Source of the DNA: Eledone cirrhosa
Lineage: Eukaryota
Length of the DNA stretch: 64,000 nucleotides
Assembly (NCBI GenBank): GCA_964016885.1
Contig: OZ024752.1
Span: 3,224,001-3,288,000, forward strand
Reading direction: 5' to 3'
How positions within the stretch are numbered: position 1 is the stretch's first letter; each line of letters opens with the position of its first letter. Under the pieces are notes generated by a model. The model did not search any database. It worked only from the letters and a program-made list of their open reading frames with translations, and was not told where the DNA came from. The translations under genes and the position numbers were made by a program. Below are positions 27,989 to 40,020 of the stretch, in pieces.

Positions 27989-30900
27989 TATATATATATT
28001 GGCCAGTAAAACTGTCTATGTATAGAGAAAGTGGGGATTAAGAGGAATAGAATTTTGACGCTGACATAGAGTGAGTTTTATAGACTCAAGTGAATCAAAA
28101 CGTGACATATATTTGCTTCTTAAATTATTTGTTGATCTCTTTACTGTACTTACATATATCCTGAAAGGTCACCCACGAAAACTGTATATGTTTCAGAGTC
28201 CCGAAGATTTAACATGACAGTTAAATTGCCAGCAACGAGGCAGACTGAAGCAGTGGAAAGACAATTTCGAATTCCGTGAAAGGTCACAGTAAATAGTAAA
28301 CTTAGGTTAAACCGACATTGAGTTAAAGTGGCTGATATATATTTTCGTTTATGCCAAATTATATGGTTGACGTAGTTTGAGAGGGAAAAAGGAAACGACT
28401 TTCCTGCAGTAATAGGAATTAAAGAGATACATATCCCATAAATGTATTTTAGTGTCACTTTAATGACCAAATGTCCAAAATATTAAATTGAAAACCAATA
28501 ATACATTACCAGATAACTGAAAAAATATAAATATTGTTATTAATTTGTTGTTACTAATAGATTCACACCTATGGTAAAAATGTGTTCCCTAATGAACAAG
28601 ATCGACGCGCAGTAATGATTATACCTATCTTAAACGTAGTTTTGAAGAGATTCACAACCATGGTAAAAATTCAGATGATTAGACCATATTTTCTTCTCAA
28701 ATTCTTGAATAATACTAAAGAAATTTCGGAGCAATTTTAATAAGAAAAAAAAAATAATTTCAAGGAAATATTATTTACATAGTTTATTGCTTAGTCACAG
28801 GCACATAAAGATATAGTTAGAATGCGAGGAAAGATAGCCCATGTGTCAACATTTCTTCTAGCTAGAATATAGAATCGCATTATATAATATATCTGGCTCT
28901 TCTCCGTAGAAGGTGCGTTACAGTTTGAGGGATATTTGGGCAGCTTAGAAAATGTCATCCGATATACCAATAGATACTTGGAGATTCACAGTTGGAAAAC
29001 ATTTATCTATAGAGCTAGTCTATGAAATGATAATGAAAAACAGTAATATCCGGGGTTGATCAAACTCATTATTTTGCCTTTACATGCTAAAAAATCAATG
29101 ACATTTATTTTAATTATCTTCTATCATTTTTACATATGAATAATAGTGAAACTCTAGTTATAGATACAAGCAATAACCTTGTTTTAATTTATTTAACATT
29201 GAGACGTTGTGAAGTGAGTCAACTATCTCAACATATATTTTTATTATAAATTTCAAACGAAGAAAGTTTTACGTGACTTCTCATCCTATTCCAGATAGCA
29301 ATATCACAGCCGAGTGCCCCTCAAATTGCATTCTACAGGCTTAGAATAGAAAACCCATTTTTGAAATGGTAGTATTGGATTTCCAAACTAGATCGGTTCA
29401 ATCAGGATTGGATGGGATTAATAACATCACGTTTTAGCAAACTGTTTTCAACTAAAATATATCTCAGTTTATTTTCACGATGCGTCTTCAGTTGGTTGCT
29501 CTACTGAACTCCTCATTGGTTTTATTAGCATCAAATAGCTCGAATATTGAAAAACATGTGTACTATTAAATTAATCCTGAGTTAAAATTATCTCAGCATG
29601 TAACACAGCTGGATTTTTTAAATACTGGTTCAACATTCTTCTGCATAGCTTTCCCTCTAATGATGTTCCTTCATCAGGTAGTACTCAATCTGAAACTACA
29701 CTAATACCAGTTTCCCCAAATTGCTGTAGAATCGAAACAGAATCTCACTGTTGCAATATTACTTTAAGCACATGAATTACATAACTTAATTCTCCACAAA
29801 TCTGGGATATTATATTTTACGGGGAAAATCATGCTGTAAAATTGGAAACATATATTATCCTTACAAAGGTTTAGAAATGTTACTAATACCTGCTGAAAGC
29901 GAATAATATATATATAGAAAGAAATGCCGACACCATAGTAATATCAATTATCCTGATCAACATGATATATATTTTTTTCATTTTTATCATTGCTATGACC
30001 GCTACTAACATTATTATTATCAGCAGGAAAAATTACAAGAAGAATATGAAGCGTATTAATGAGGACACCTTCAAACGTAATGTTAATTCTGATTTATTAA
30101 TATCCACCGTCCCTTTATTTCACGTGAATTAACCTTGGTTGTAATTAGTCCGAACTTGTTGACGGTCGAGTGACGTGGCTATGGAAATTATTAGAGAGTG
30201 ACTGAAAGATCCTTACTATATACTCTTTTCAAAGAACAATTCCTGCTATTCAATTTCCCCTGGTAGCTTTTACAAAAGTCAAAGATTTCTTATGAAGCTC
30301 TATGGACCCTTTATTGCATGCATTCAAGAAAGAAAACTTTATTCATTACCAGCACTAAATGAAAGGAAATACCTTAGCTAGAATAACCCGTTATCATTTC
30401 AATAATACTTCACTTAACTTACATTCGCTTGCCCGTTCCCGATGTATCTCTGTTCTATAAATCCATTAGATCTATTCGGCTTTTAGATAAGATTCTTTCA
30501 TTAATGAATCCAACATTGATTTGTGCGGGACTTACTATCTTTTCAGTGAAACGAGAAATGGAAACAATAACACAGCTATTCAATCATTTCAATGAATATA
30601 GAGAGAATATATAGAATCAATATATTTCATTATTATATTGCAAGAGAAGAGATCAGTTCTTTAACTCGCCGACAAAAGAGTCGGGAATAATTACAATGTG
30701 CTGGTTTCAGGTTGTAGCAAATTTACTTGATGTAATGCTGCTAACTCAGTGGTACAAATATAATATTGCTTTTATAGTGATGTAATGGTGGTCATATAGA
30801 CGTGGATGTTATTAATTTTAAATATATAAAATGCTCATATTATTTCTCAAATCAAGCAAACTACGAAAGGGATGGGAATATGGAATCGGTGGTGGTGTTG

Positions 30901-31559
30901 TGAGACTAGAAAAAGCCTTGAAACACTGAATGGTTTTAAATAACATTTCACTGAATATCTCCGAAAGAAGTCACGACACGAACATTGATATTCTAACCAC
31001 AGATAACCATATGCAATATTTTCAGTATAGATATATAGTTGTAATTTTGGCTTTATAGATTTACAGATGTCTATTTGGTATCCTAGATGTACAGATGTAA
31101 TGAATATATTCTAGCTATAACAATGGAATGCTATTACTATATATTTGTAATTGTTCATCTGGGATTCAAACGGAGCCTATTTCACTGCCTTACGCATCTG
31201 TTTTGCTAACTGACACGCTCAAAATCTAGAATTGTTTATGTACAGAGAGCCTAGTTTTATCATAACACCATATAACGATGAAAATGTCTAGCATAATGGG
31301 TCCCTCAGACATATCTTTGCTCACTGTAATCGTAGAATGAAATCTATAAGTTGGATTGTCTATTTCAACGATTGGTGTTGTTGTGGGACTAGAAAAAAAT
31401 CTGACTGAAATTCAAAATTTGACTGAATATCACCTAAACGTGTTTTAACTTCTGCCTGATGGGCCCGCGAAGAAAAACCCATCTGAGAGTGTGCATACTA
31501 GAAAGGTAGAATGAATGAAGGAAAGTACGCGCCAACTTTGGTTACGGCATTCCATTTGC

Positions 31560-31690
31560 AAACATAACGTTTCAGATTCGATCGGTATGTGGCACATTTT
31601 AGGCAAGTGTTAATTTTCATAACCAAACTTGATCCCAGTCTTATGAATGAAGTCTTGTAGAGGGAATCTAATTGTAATTTCGTCTGTGTA
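31560..31690 (+). mobile_element. Possible old SINE of a second family
   Basis: gattcgatcggtatgtggcacattttaggcaagtgt resembles B-box + GGCACCTTGGGCAAGTG-type SINE cores (recalled, not verified). Confidence 0.3.
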
Positions 31691-32149
31691 TAGCATGCGT
31701 AATTTAAATGGCCAGAATATGTACGTGTTTACATGTTGAATATCCCTGAATATTAAGATAAAGATATATATTGCTATATAACGTTCACCCAGCATCATTG
31801 AAAACTGTGGAGATCTATTCAATTTCCTGCATTCCATTTGTGAAGTATAGTATTGTTCAGAGTATGAATGTATTTATGTACCCCTCTTGTTAGTTGTGTG
31901 CAATGAGAGTACGTTTGCTTTAGTTTGCAATAGATGTTGATAATAATAAAGTCCGTAAGATAGCTTTTGTACTAACGTGATGCAGTGGAATTATTTTTCC
32001 TCTTAGCCACAGGCCAGTCTTTACAGAGGAGGTCTTTGAAAACAAACATTTCGTTTGGAGCAGTTGCTTATTTTATTCTCTGTATAGATGAACTAAGATC
32101 ACATTATAAAATATGTTCTACTTTTTAATGCTAGGTGTATTTGTCTAGG

Positions 32150-32337
32150 TGTTTTGACAGTATCGGTAGAAGGTCGGACAACATGCGTTGTAGCACTGAG
32201 TTAGTCCCCTTTCTGATCTGAGTTCAAATCCTGCCGATGTTATCTTTGCCTGCCATCCTTACGGGGTCGATAAAATAAAATACCAGTAATGCACTGGGTA
32301 ATTGCTGGCCTTGTGCCAAAAGTAGAAACAATTATTA
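32150..32337 (+). mobile_element. tRNA-derived SINE
   Basis: B-box GAGTTCAAATCC; same core and 3' end (...ccttgtgccaaaagtagaaacaattatt) as the other copies. Confidence 0.9.
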
Positions 32338-34074
32338 GCACGCTGTGGGTCGGCTCCTTGAACATAAAATTTAGATTAGGGGATCAGTCACAAACGTTAT
32401 AATTAATAGGGAGCATGGTTGAATTTCGAATACATCATAACTAAATCATGTAAAAATAAAATATAGACCGATAAAGCTAGGAATTATTGCCACTGATAGA
32501 ATCCTAGTTCCCTAGATATCATGAAGTTTAACATCTCATGTGAAGAAAATGATGTGCTTAAAATGTTTAATTTTTAATCATAGGCTTCTTTCGTGTTTGA
32601 AGCTCACTGCACTGTACAATAAAGGACATTGTGCAGCTATGAATTTAGTCAAACCAGTGTAATGTGAAATTTTTCGATTACCTGTAAGGTTCTTTTTCTA
32701 GTATAATTAATCCATTGACTGGTTTAACATCATTATCAGAACTTTACAGTCATCTTATTAAATCTTCTTTGTATTCGGATCCTATCTATGATCTGCAAAT
32801 AACGCAACTTCGTGGAACAGTTAACGTTTCTTCCAAGGAAAACAATACATTATATGGTAAAATTTCATAGGGTTAGAACTGAAACATATCAAATATATTT
32901 AGTGGAAGCGGATAATTTCTGAAGAAATTTGAGATTCAAATAATGTAAAAATTATATGGTTTATATTAATTGATTCTAACGCTTAAAATAAAATGATTGT
33001 TACAATACACAAGTTAGGAGATATTTCACAATGTTTTACAGCAATACTATCTCGTATAAGTAGTCATTCTAACAACTTTATTTTTCATTCGACGATTTTT
33101 ATATGTATCTACCATTCGTGTTCATGTATATAAGCTTTCTGATCTTTATGTAAACCACAACGTCTTTAATCATAAGCCTCATTTTTTCCTTCTTTACGAA
33201 TTTCTCTATTCACATTACATTTCTGTCTCAATCTCTCACATTCGCCTTTATTTCTCTGTCACTCACTTTTTCTATTAATAAGATCTTGATACATGCTTGT
33301 TACTTAATGCAAACACACAATAAACACGCAAGAGTATGCAAAAGCAAACTCACACAGATACATTTTCAGTAGACAATTATTCTCTGCCACTATCCCATTT
33401 GTTCTCACACTCCCCATTCTCTTCTTAAACACTCAATTTATCTCTCCATCACTCGACCCTTATCCTTCTCTAACACCAATCTTTGTCTCATAGTATAAAT
33501 TCTTTCGGGTGCATTTTAAAGAGAAATTGAAACTTCTATACGTATTTAACAACCTTGATATCAAGAAAAAATGTCGAATGTTTTGTAACTTAATTATTTC
33601 AAACATTACTAAAAATATATTGATAACAGATTCTACTTACTCCCAAACAATTGCTGTCTATTCAAGTGTGCACTCATGTGTGTATATTATGTTAAAGTCG
33701 TAAATTATATATGGAAAGTCTATATGTTCTAAGTAGTAACAAGTATATAGGTATGCGTGTATAAGTTTACGTGTGATTGTGTTCTCTGTCAACGTTTAAG
33801 CCATACTATTTTTTTTTTCAACTTAGATTTATTTGCTTACATAAATCAAAGATGTTGCACGTTTTCTGACAGAGATCAATAAGAATTAAGATAAATGCCA
33901 ATTAAGTGTAAACTACTGATGTCATTTAAATAGAAATTTATTTGCATGTACAATCTTGCTCATACCCATATACGGACAGTCGGAAAAACACACACGCACA
34001 CGCACATGCACACACACATGCACGCACACACACATGCACGCACGCACACATGCACACACACATGCACACACATG

Positions 34075-34105
<31 letters not shown>

Positions 34106-34115
34106 TGAGATAAAT

Positions 34116-34166
34116 GGCTTCTACAGGACTAGAACTGTTTCATTTGAAGGAAATAATCAGGAAACC
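34116..34166 (-). ncRNA. Type I hammerhead motif, core mutated (CTGATTA); truncated relative at 50297-50338
   Basis: ggtttc-CTGATTA-TTTCCTTCAAAT-GAAACAG-ttctagtc-CTGTA-gaagcc; stem I ggtttc/gaagcc, stem III ACAG/CTGT. Confidence 0.6.
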
Positions 34167-34352
34167 CGACTGTCAATGTGAAATGGTGGTATTTACATTT
34201 TCTGGTGGTAAGGGAAGGTGGTGATAGGGATGGGTTGATTTCATCGGCTGATGGTTTTAAAGAATAGGGATTCTTTGAAAAACTATATTTAGAGAAAAAT
34301 ACATAGTAATACAGAATGATACAAATGTAGGCACTCCTAATATTCAAGGTTC

Positions 34353-34516
34353 ATATATTCTGAGTAAACAAAGCGTTTTCATTAAGTGGATGTTTCAACA
34401 TGCTGTATTAAAGGGTCGTGAAGTCTGCAAATGGTAAGTTGTGTACAATCACACAGGCAGACACACACCCGCATATATACATATCTATATACATATACAT
34501 ATGCACGCGTATAAAT

Positions 34517-34560
<44 letters not shown>

Positions 34561-34863
34561 GTATGTATACGTATATGTAGATACACACACACACACACAC
34601 ACATATATATATTATGTGTGTGTGTGTATCTACATATACGTATACATACGTATATGTATATATATATAAATATATATATATATGTGTATGTGTGTGAGTA
34701 TTTATACGCGTGCATATGTATATTTATACAGATATGTATATATGTGGGTGTGTGTCTGCCTGTGTGATTGTACACAACTTACCATTTGCAGACTTCACGA
34801 CCCTTTAATACAGCATGTTGAAACATCCACTTAATGAAAACGCTTTGTTTACTCAGAATATAT
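34353..34863. repeat. ~510-bp near-perfect palindrome with a mirrored microsatellite core
   Basis: 34353-34470 is the reverse complement of 34745-34863 (about 1 mismatch); inner CA/TA repeats mirrored about ~34610. Confidence 0.92.
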
Positions 34864-34869
34864 ATACAT

Positions 34870-35545
34870 ATAATAAATGTGAAGACTAATATCCAAAGAG
34901 GGCTCGATAAGGATAAATATATATCAAATATATAAGAACCGTAGAGCAAATATTTATTAAAATAACAGATTAAATTTTAAGCAAAAAATCGCTGCTTTCA
35001 CCCTTAACGGGATCTTCTGAAACTAAAAAAGTCAATCTGTTAACGCAGAAGTAAATATTTCAAAAAACGTTTCAACCGAAGGAAGACAGGAAGACGATAC
35101 TTTGGTTCGTGGAAACGTTCCATGGCAAAGAACGGGAAAAAACGATGATAATACATCATTATTTGGAACGGTGAAAACAATTACAGGCAAAGACAAAACC
35201 ACGTTTATTGTATAAATGAAGTCGTAGACTAATATTCTATTAGGTGGTACATGGAGACGTTCTCTGGCAAAGAACGGAAAACCACGATCCACATATGACG
35301 TATTATCTTCGTTGAGACCAATTACACGCAAAGACAAAACCACGTAAATGGTATAACTGAAGTCGCAGACTAAAATTCTATTTAGGAAACCGAATGATTC
35401 TCTGCTTCAGAGTTAAGAATGAAGTAAATAAAATACAGAGGTATTTTTCAGGTAAATAAAATACAGAGGTATAGTTTCAGAAGATCCCGTTAAGGGTGAA
35501 AGCAGCGATTCTTTGCTTAAACTTCAATCTGTTATTTTAATAAAT
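34870..35545 (-). mobile_element. Fold-back element with 74-bp inverted arms and a partial hammerhead-like core
   Basis: 34952-35025 inverted at 35472-35545; CAGAAGA-TCCC-GTTAA-GGGT-GAAA; internal ~140-bp tandem duplication. Confidence 0.6.
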
Positions 35546-36167
35546 GTATATATACTATTATTGAAACATGTGTCGTGATTAAACGATTGGAACTTTACGT
35601 TGCCTTCGGATTTTCATGTTGATACTTATACTCCGTTTTACATCATCTAGGTGTTCCCTTGAATGGAATTGGAGATATACAAAAGCGTGGAGAACTTAAT
35701 ATTGCTAACATAAATTATTGGACCATTTTTACACAACCAATAATGCACCTTACTATATATAAGTGTGTGTGTGTGTGTATGTGGTAAAGATAAACAGAAA
35801 TAACAACACAATCGGTAGGAATATATGGAGGGAATATATTAGATTAACGCTTGAAATAGAAGGAAGAGGGTCTTAACACGTTTCGGACGCCAGTCCTTCA
35901 ATAAGACAGATCGAGAGGACGGGCGGGTTGGAGTTGAAAATCAATGTCTTTAGATAAAAATAAGGTCCATTCATGTTGACATCATATATATATATATATA
36001 TGATCAGCAAACAGTTTGCTGAAAATAGAAGTAAGTGACATTTTCACTACTTTAAAACAATAGCGTATGGTCTTCAAAATGCGTTTAATTAAGCATACAG
36101 TGTATTGCAATATACACTATATTTACATTCATATATATATCGCTATTTCAGAGAACCAATTCTAATT

Positions 36168-36169
36168 TA

Positions 36170-36223
<54 letters not shown>

Positions 36224-36225
36224 TG

Positions 36226-36262
<37 letters not shown>

Positions 36263-36267
36263 GCATG

Positions 36268-36303
<36 letters not shown>

Positions 36304-36305
36304 TG

Positions 36306-36343
<38 letters not shown>

Positions 36344-36379
36344 TGTATGTATATATATATATATATATATATATGCATG

Positions 36380-36410
<31 letters not shown>

Positions 36411-36415
36411 GCATG

Positions 36416-36451
<36 letters not shown>

Positions 36452-36453
36452 TG

Positions 36454-36484
<31 letters not shown>

Positions 36485-36521
36485 GCATGTATGTATATAT
36501 ATATATATATATATATGCATG

Positions 36522-36559
<38 letters not shown>

Positions 36560-36658
36560 TGTATGTACATATATATATATATATATATATAAACATACAT
36601 AGGCATATACTTATATACATATACCCACATAAAATGTGTATATACATATACACACATT

Positions 36659-36722
<64 letters not shown>
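36168..36722. repeat. Higher-order microsatellite [GCATGTATGT(AT)n]
   Basis: About 10 repeats of gcatgtatgt separated by variable (AT)n. Confidence 0.95.
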
Positions 36723-36726
<4 letters not shown>

Positions 36727-36807
36727 CAAATACATACAAGCGTACACACGCATATATTTCTATACACACAAGTACAATTATACAAGTAGAAATGGGAAGT
36801 AGGTAAA

Positions 36808-37139
36808 GAGTACTTAGAGAACCTCAATACTGTGAGGCGTAGCGAAAGAGGATGTAGGTTGAGGGTAGGGCTAGGATGGCAATGGGGGAGGCGGATATTA
36901 TGTCAAGTGAGTTTTTATACGTTGCATAGTGATTCTACATGCACTTTGGGCAGTTTTCAGAGAGCTTGTTCAGTGCGGTACTGAGCAAACTCTCTGAACA
37001 GTGACCGAACTGTATGCACAAAAACTATGCAACGTATACAAAACAACTCACTCGACATAATATCCTCTCCATCCCAGCCTACTCTCAACCTACGCCCTCT
37101 TTCGGTACGTCTCACAGTATTGAGGTACTCTAGGCACTC
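36808..37139. repeat. Diverged ~165-bp-arm hairpin abutting a PLE RT fragment
   Basis: acctcaatactgtgaggcgtagcgaaagagg vs cctctttcggtacgtctcacagtattgaggt; apex near 36977. Confidence 0.85.
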
Positions 37140-37360
37140 TAAAAGTTGGCTCTAGTCATATTTAATTCTATGGTTATTCTAGAACCTAGATTACGGAAGA
37201 ACGAGCTTACATTTTTCCGAAACCCATCAGTGGTTCTGCAGTTTACCTTGTGCAAAGCAGAAAGGCCATCGTCGCAGGATAATACATTGGTCACGCCTGT
37301 AAAAGTGTTCTTCAGGTGGTAGAGAATATACAGGCCCACCAGGTCGCTAACTTCAGCAGA
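37139..37360 (-). pseudogene. PLE reverse transcriptase fragment
   Basis: SAEVSDLVGLYILYHL...SCDDGL...RKNVSSFFRNLGSRITIELNMTRANF, homologous to the AD/EVC..VGL.IL...YRDDGL region at 23439-23624. Confidence 0.8.
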
Positions 37361-37623
37361 TATTATGTATATATAAATGTACAAATTAATCGACACATAG
37401 ATTTACAAAAATACACGCCTCCATAGTTTCATGAGTTCTGTGAATATTTACGAACGCATATAACCACTAATATGCAACTATCCATATATAAACAAACATA
37501 TAAGCACCGGTACATACATATCCATTCACAAAAATACCATAATGGTAGGGCCATTCTCCATACATCAATCTATTAATTATGAAATAAACAGACGTGCTTT
37601 AACCACATTATTTTATACGCGTA

Positions 37624-37827
37624 GGGGCGGCGGATTGCCAGTATCTGTAGAGGATCGGACACCATGCTTTGACGCATAGTTACGGCCCTTGCCATTCTGA
37701 GTTCAAATCCCGCTGAGGTTAACTTTGCTGTTCATCTTTACGGGGTCGATAAAATAAAGTGCCAGTAATGCACTGGTTAAATTGCTGGCCTTGTGCCAAC
37801 AGTAGAAACAATTATTTTATACGCGTA
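37624..37827 (+). mobile_element. tRNA-derived SINE with 17-bp TSD
   Basis: A/B boxes and core; TSD attattttatacgcgta at 37607-37623 and 37811-37827. Confidence 0.92.
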
Positions 37828-39502
37828 CATACATTTTGGTTTTTGAATTCATATTTACATTGTCACATTAAAACCTCATTTTTGGGGACAACTCGGTATT
37901 CAAATAGCGAATGTGTACTCTATTATCAGCAGGTTGGAGTATTCGTTGTCGTCGAGTTCACTCACCTATTCTGAACAACACGTTAGCTCTATCGAATTGG
38001 CCGAGAGTTTAGCTTAAAATGGACGGACGGTGAATAGCGCTTTGCATTTTGACAAAGCATTTGTTCACCTAGAATGAATATATAGAGGTAAATAAAAACA
38101 TCAAGTAGGTTAGCGAACGCTAAATCACGTGTCTAAAATGTGACTTTACTGTCATTTGTCATGTGTTTTAATAGCTAAACGCTGATCGCCACTACGACCT
38201 TGTAGATGCAGCAGCCAATTTGCCTAAAAGTATCTGGAATACGAGAAAAGTCTCGCTTTGATTTTCGATATCAAGACATTTCAACAATTGTTGCCATAGA
38301 GATATATTAGTCTCGGGCAAGATGTCTATGATGTGTATTTAAATGTCACTCGAAACAAATCTTTTTCTTTTTTTGAATTCTCCAGATCACAGTTTGAGCT
38401 AATGAAATTATATCAGAACACTAAAACTATATTTCAAATGTGTCTGTAGAGTTTTGCTTCACTATATCTGCAGTGTCTGGAGCCGTAATTTATTGTTATA
38501 TTTTTTGTTTTTTTTTAAACTGAAAGTGAAAAATGTTTTTCGTATCCGTTTCCTTCCATAACACCTTGCATTAATGCAAATCAATTTCAGTTAAACTTAA
38601 TGTAAAAGACAAAATTATTAACACATTTTTAACCATGTATGCATATTGAGAGATATCTATCGAAAGTTACATTTCTTGTATTTATTTATACTTTAATTAT
38701 ATATCATTTACCTGGTCTTGTATTTGAACTCCATATATTGAATATTTCGTTTCGTGTTTATGTTACGTCTACCCGAAGAAATAGATCACTATCTAGAGGA
38801 AAAAAGACTGAGGCAGGTTGGTATAATGATAAAGTAGTTGAAATGAATAAATGAATGAATGAGTAAGAGAGTCAATGACGGTGAGATAATTAACATTTGC
38901 AAAGACAGTGTTCAAAGTATGAAAGGTGTTAATTGGGCAGAAATTGGAATAGTTATGCAACGTTTGTGTGTGAAAGTTTGGAGCTAAGTCAAATTATGTA
39001 ATTTGTCTCCGCATTTGACCATTTATATAAACAGGTTCAGCAAGTTATATTATATAACATAGCTGTGATGTTACGTGGTTTTTCTAAATTTCAACTGGTC
39101 TCTCTTCCCAACCTACTGCGTGTCAGTTTAGGCAAACATTTACCACCCTAGTTCGGGTATTTCCTAAGGTCATGGATATGTGCGTTAAATGTACTGTAAC
39201 TGCTTGTGAGTAGTAAATTTAGTCAAGTGCGAAATATAAAATACAAGCTTCATTCGGTAGTGTCCATTATTTCTTCCTATAATTTAACTGACAAAGACGG
39301 TATGCAGAACCACAATGATATTTTTGTATTTTGGTAAACTCACTGCCTTAATATTTGTGGAATAAGGGGTCATGATTCTGGCAGTCAAATATGTGATTTG
39401 TAATAAAAAACATTTGAAATTGCAATACTGTAAAATACTGCAAATTTAAATGAATAGAGTATGTGGATGAAAACCACGGTCCTCATCATAGTGTAATGGC
39501 AG

Positions 39503-39546
<44 letters not shown>

Positions 39547-39825
39547 TAGCGAGAATCGTATTTCAGCTATTGTAAATTAGCGAAAGACAACTTCCGAGAT
39601 GTGTGGCAAACGCTCCATAGAAGCTAGTGAACTAGAGCAACAACATGAGGTATAAAGCCAAACACACTGAGACGATGGTTAAACCATTATCCGCACAGCC
39701 ATAGAAACGACCAAGTAATTCGGGTCAAACAAATAACATATGATTGAAAATTATACCCGGACCCCTGGAAGGTTGGTAATTTCCAGCATTGGGTTTCTGC
39801 AACTCCTAAATCAAGTACTGTCTGC

Positions 39826-40020
39826 TTAGATAAATAATTGTTTCTACTTTAGGCACAAGGCCAGCAATTACCCAGTGCATTACTGGTACTTTATTTTATC
39901 GACCGTAAGGATGAAGGGCAAAGTCAACCTCGGCGGGATTTGAACTCAGATCGTAAAGGGACGTAACTATGCTGGAAAGCATGGCGTCCGACCCTCTACC
40001 GATACTGCCAATCCATCTGC
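39826..40020 (-). mobile_element. tRNA-derived SINE with TSD
   Basis: Reverse complement of the SINE; TSD ttaga(t/c)aaataat on both sides. Confidence 0.9.

Noticed and set aside
29645-29682. Minus-strand CTGATGA...GAAA hammerhead candidate
   Set aside because: No stem II (AGG faces AGG) and no stem I or III pairing
36168-36590. Regularly spaced GCATGTATGT repeats resembling a CRISPR array
   Set aside because: Spacers are only (AT)n, the context is eukaryotic, and there are no cas genes
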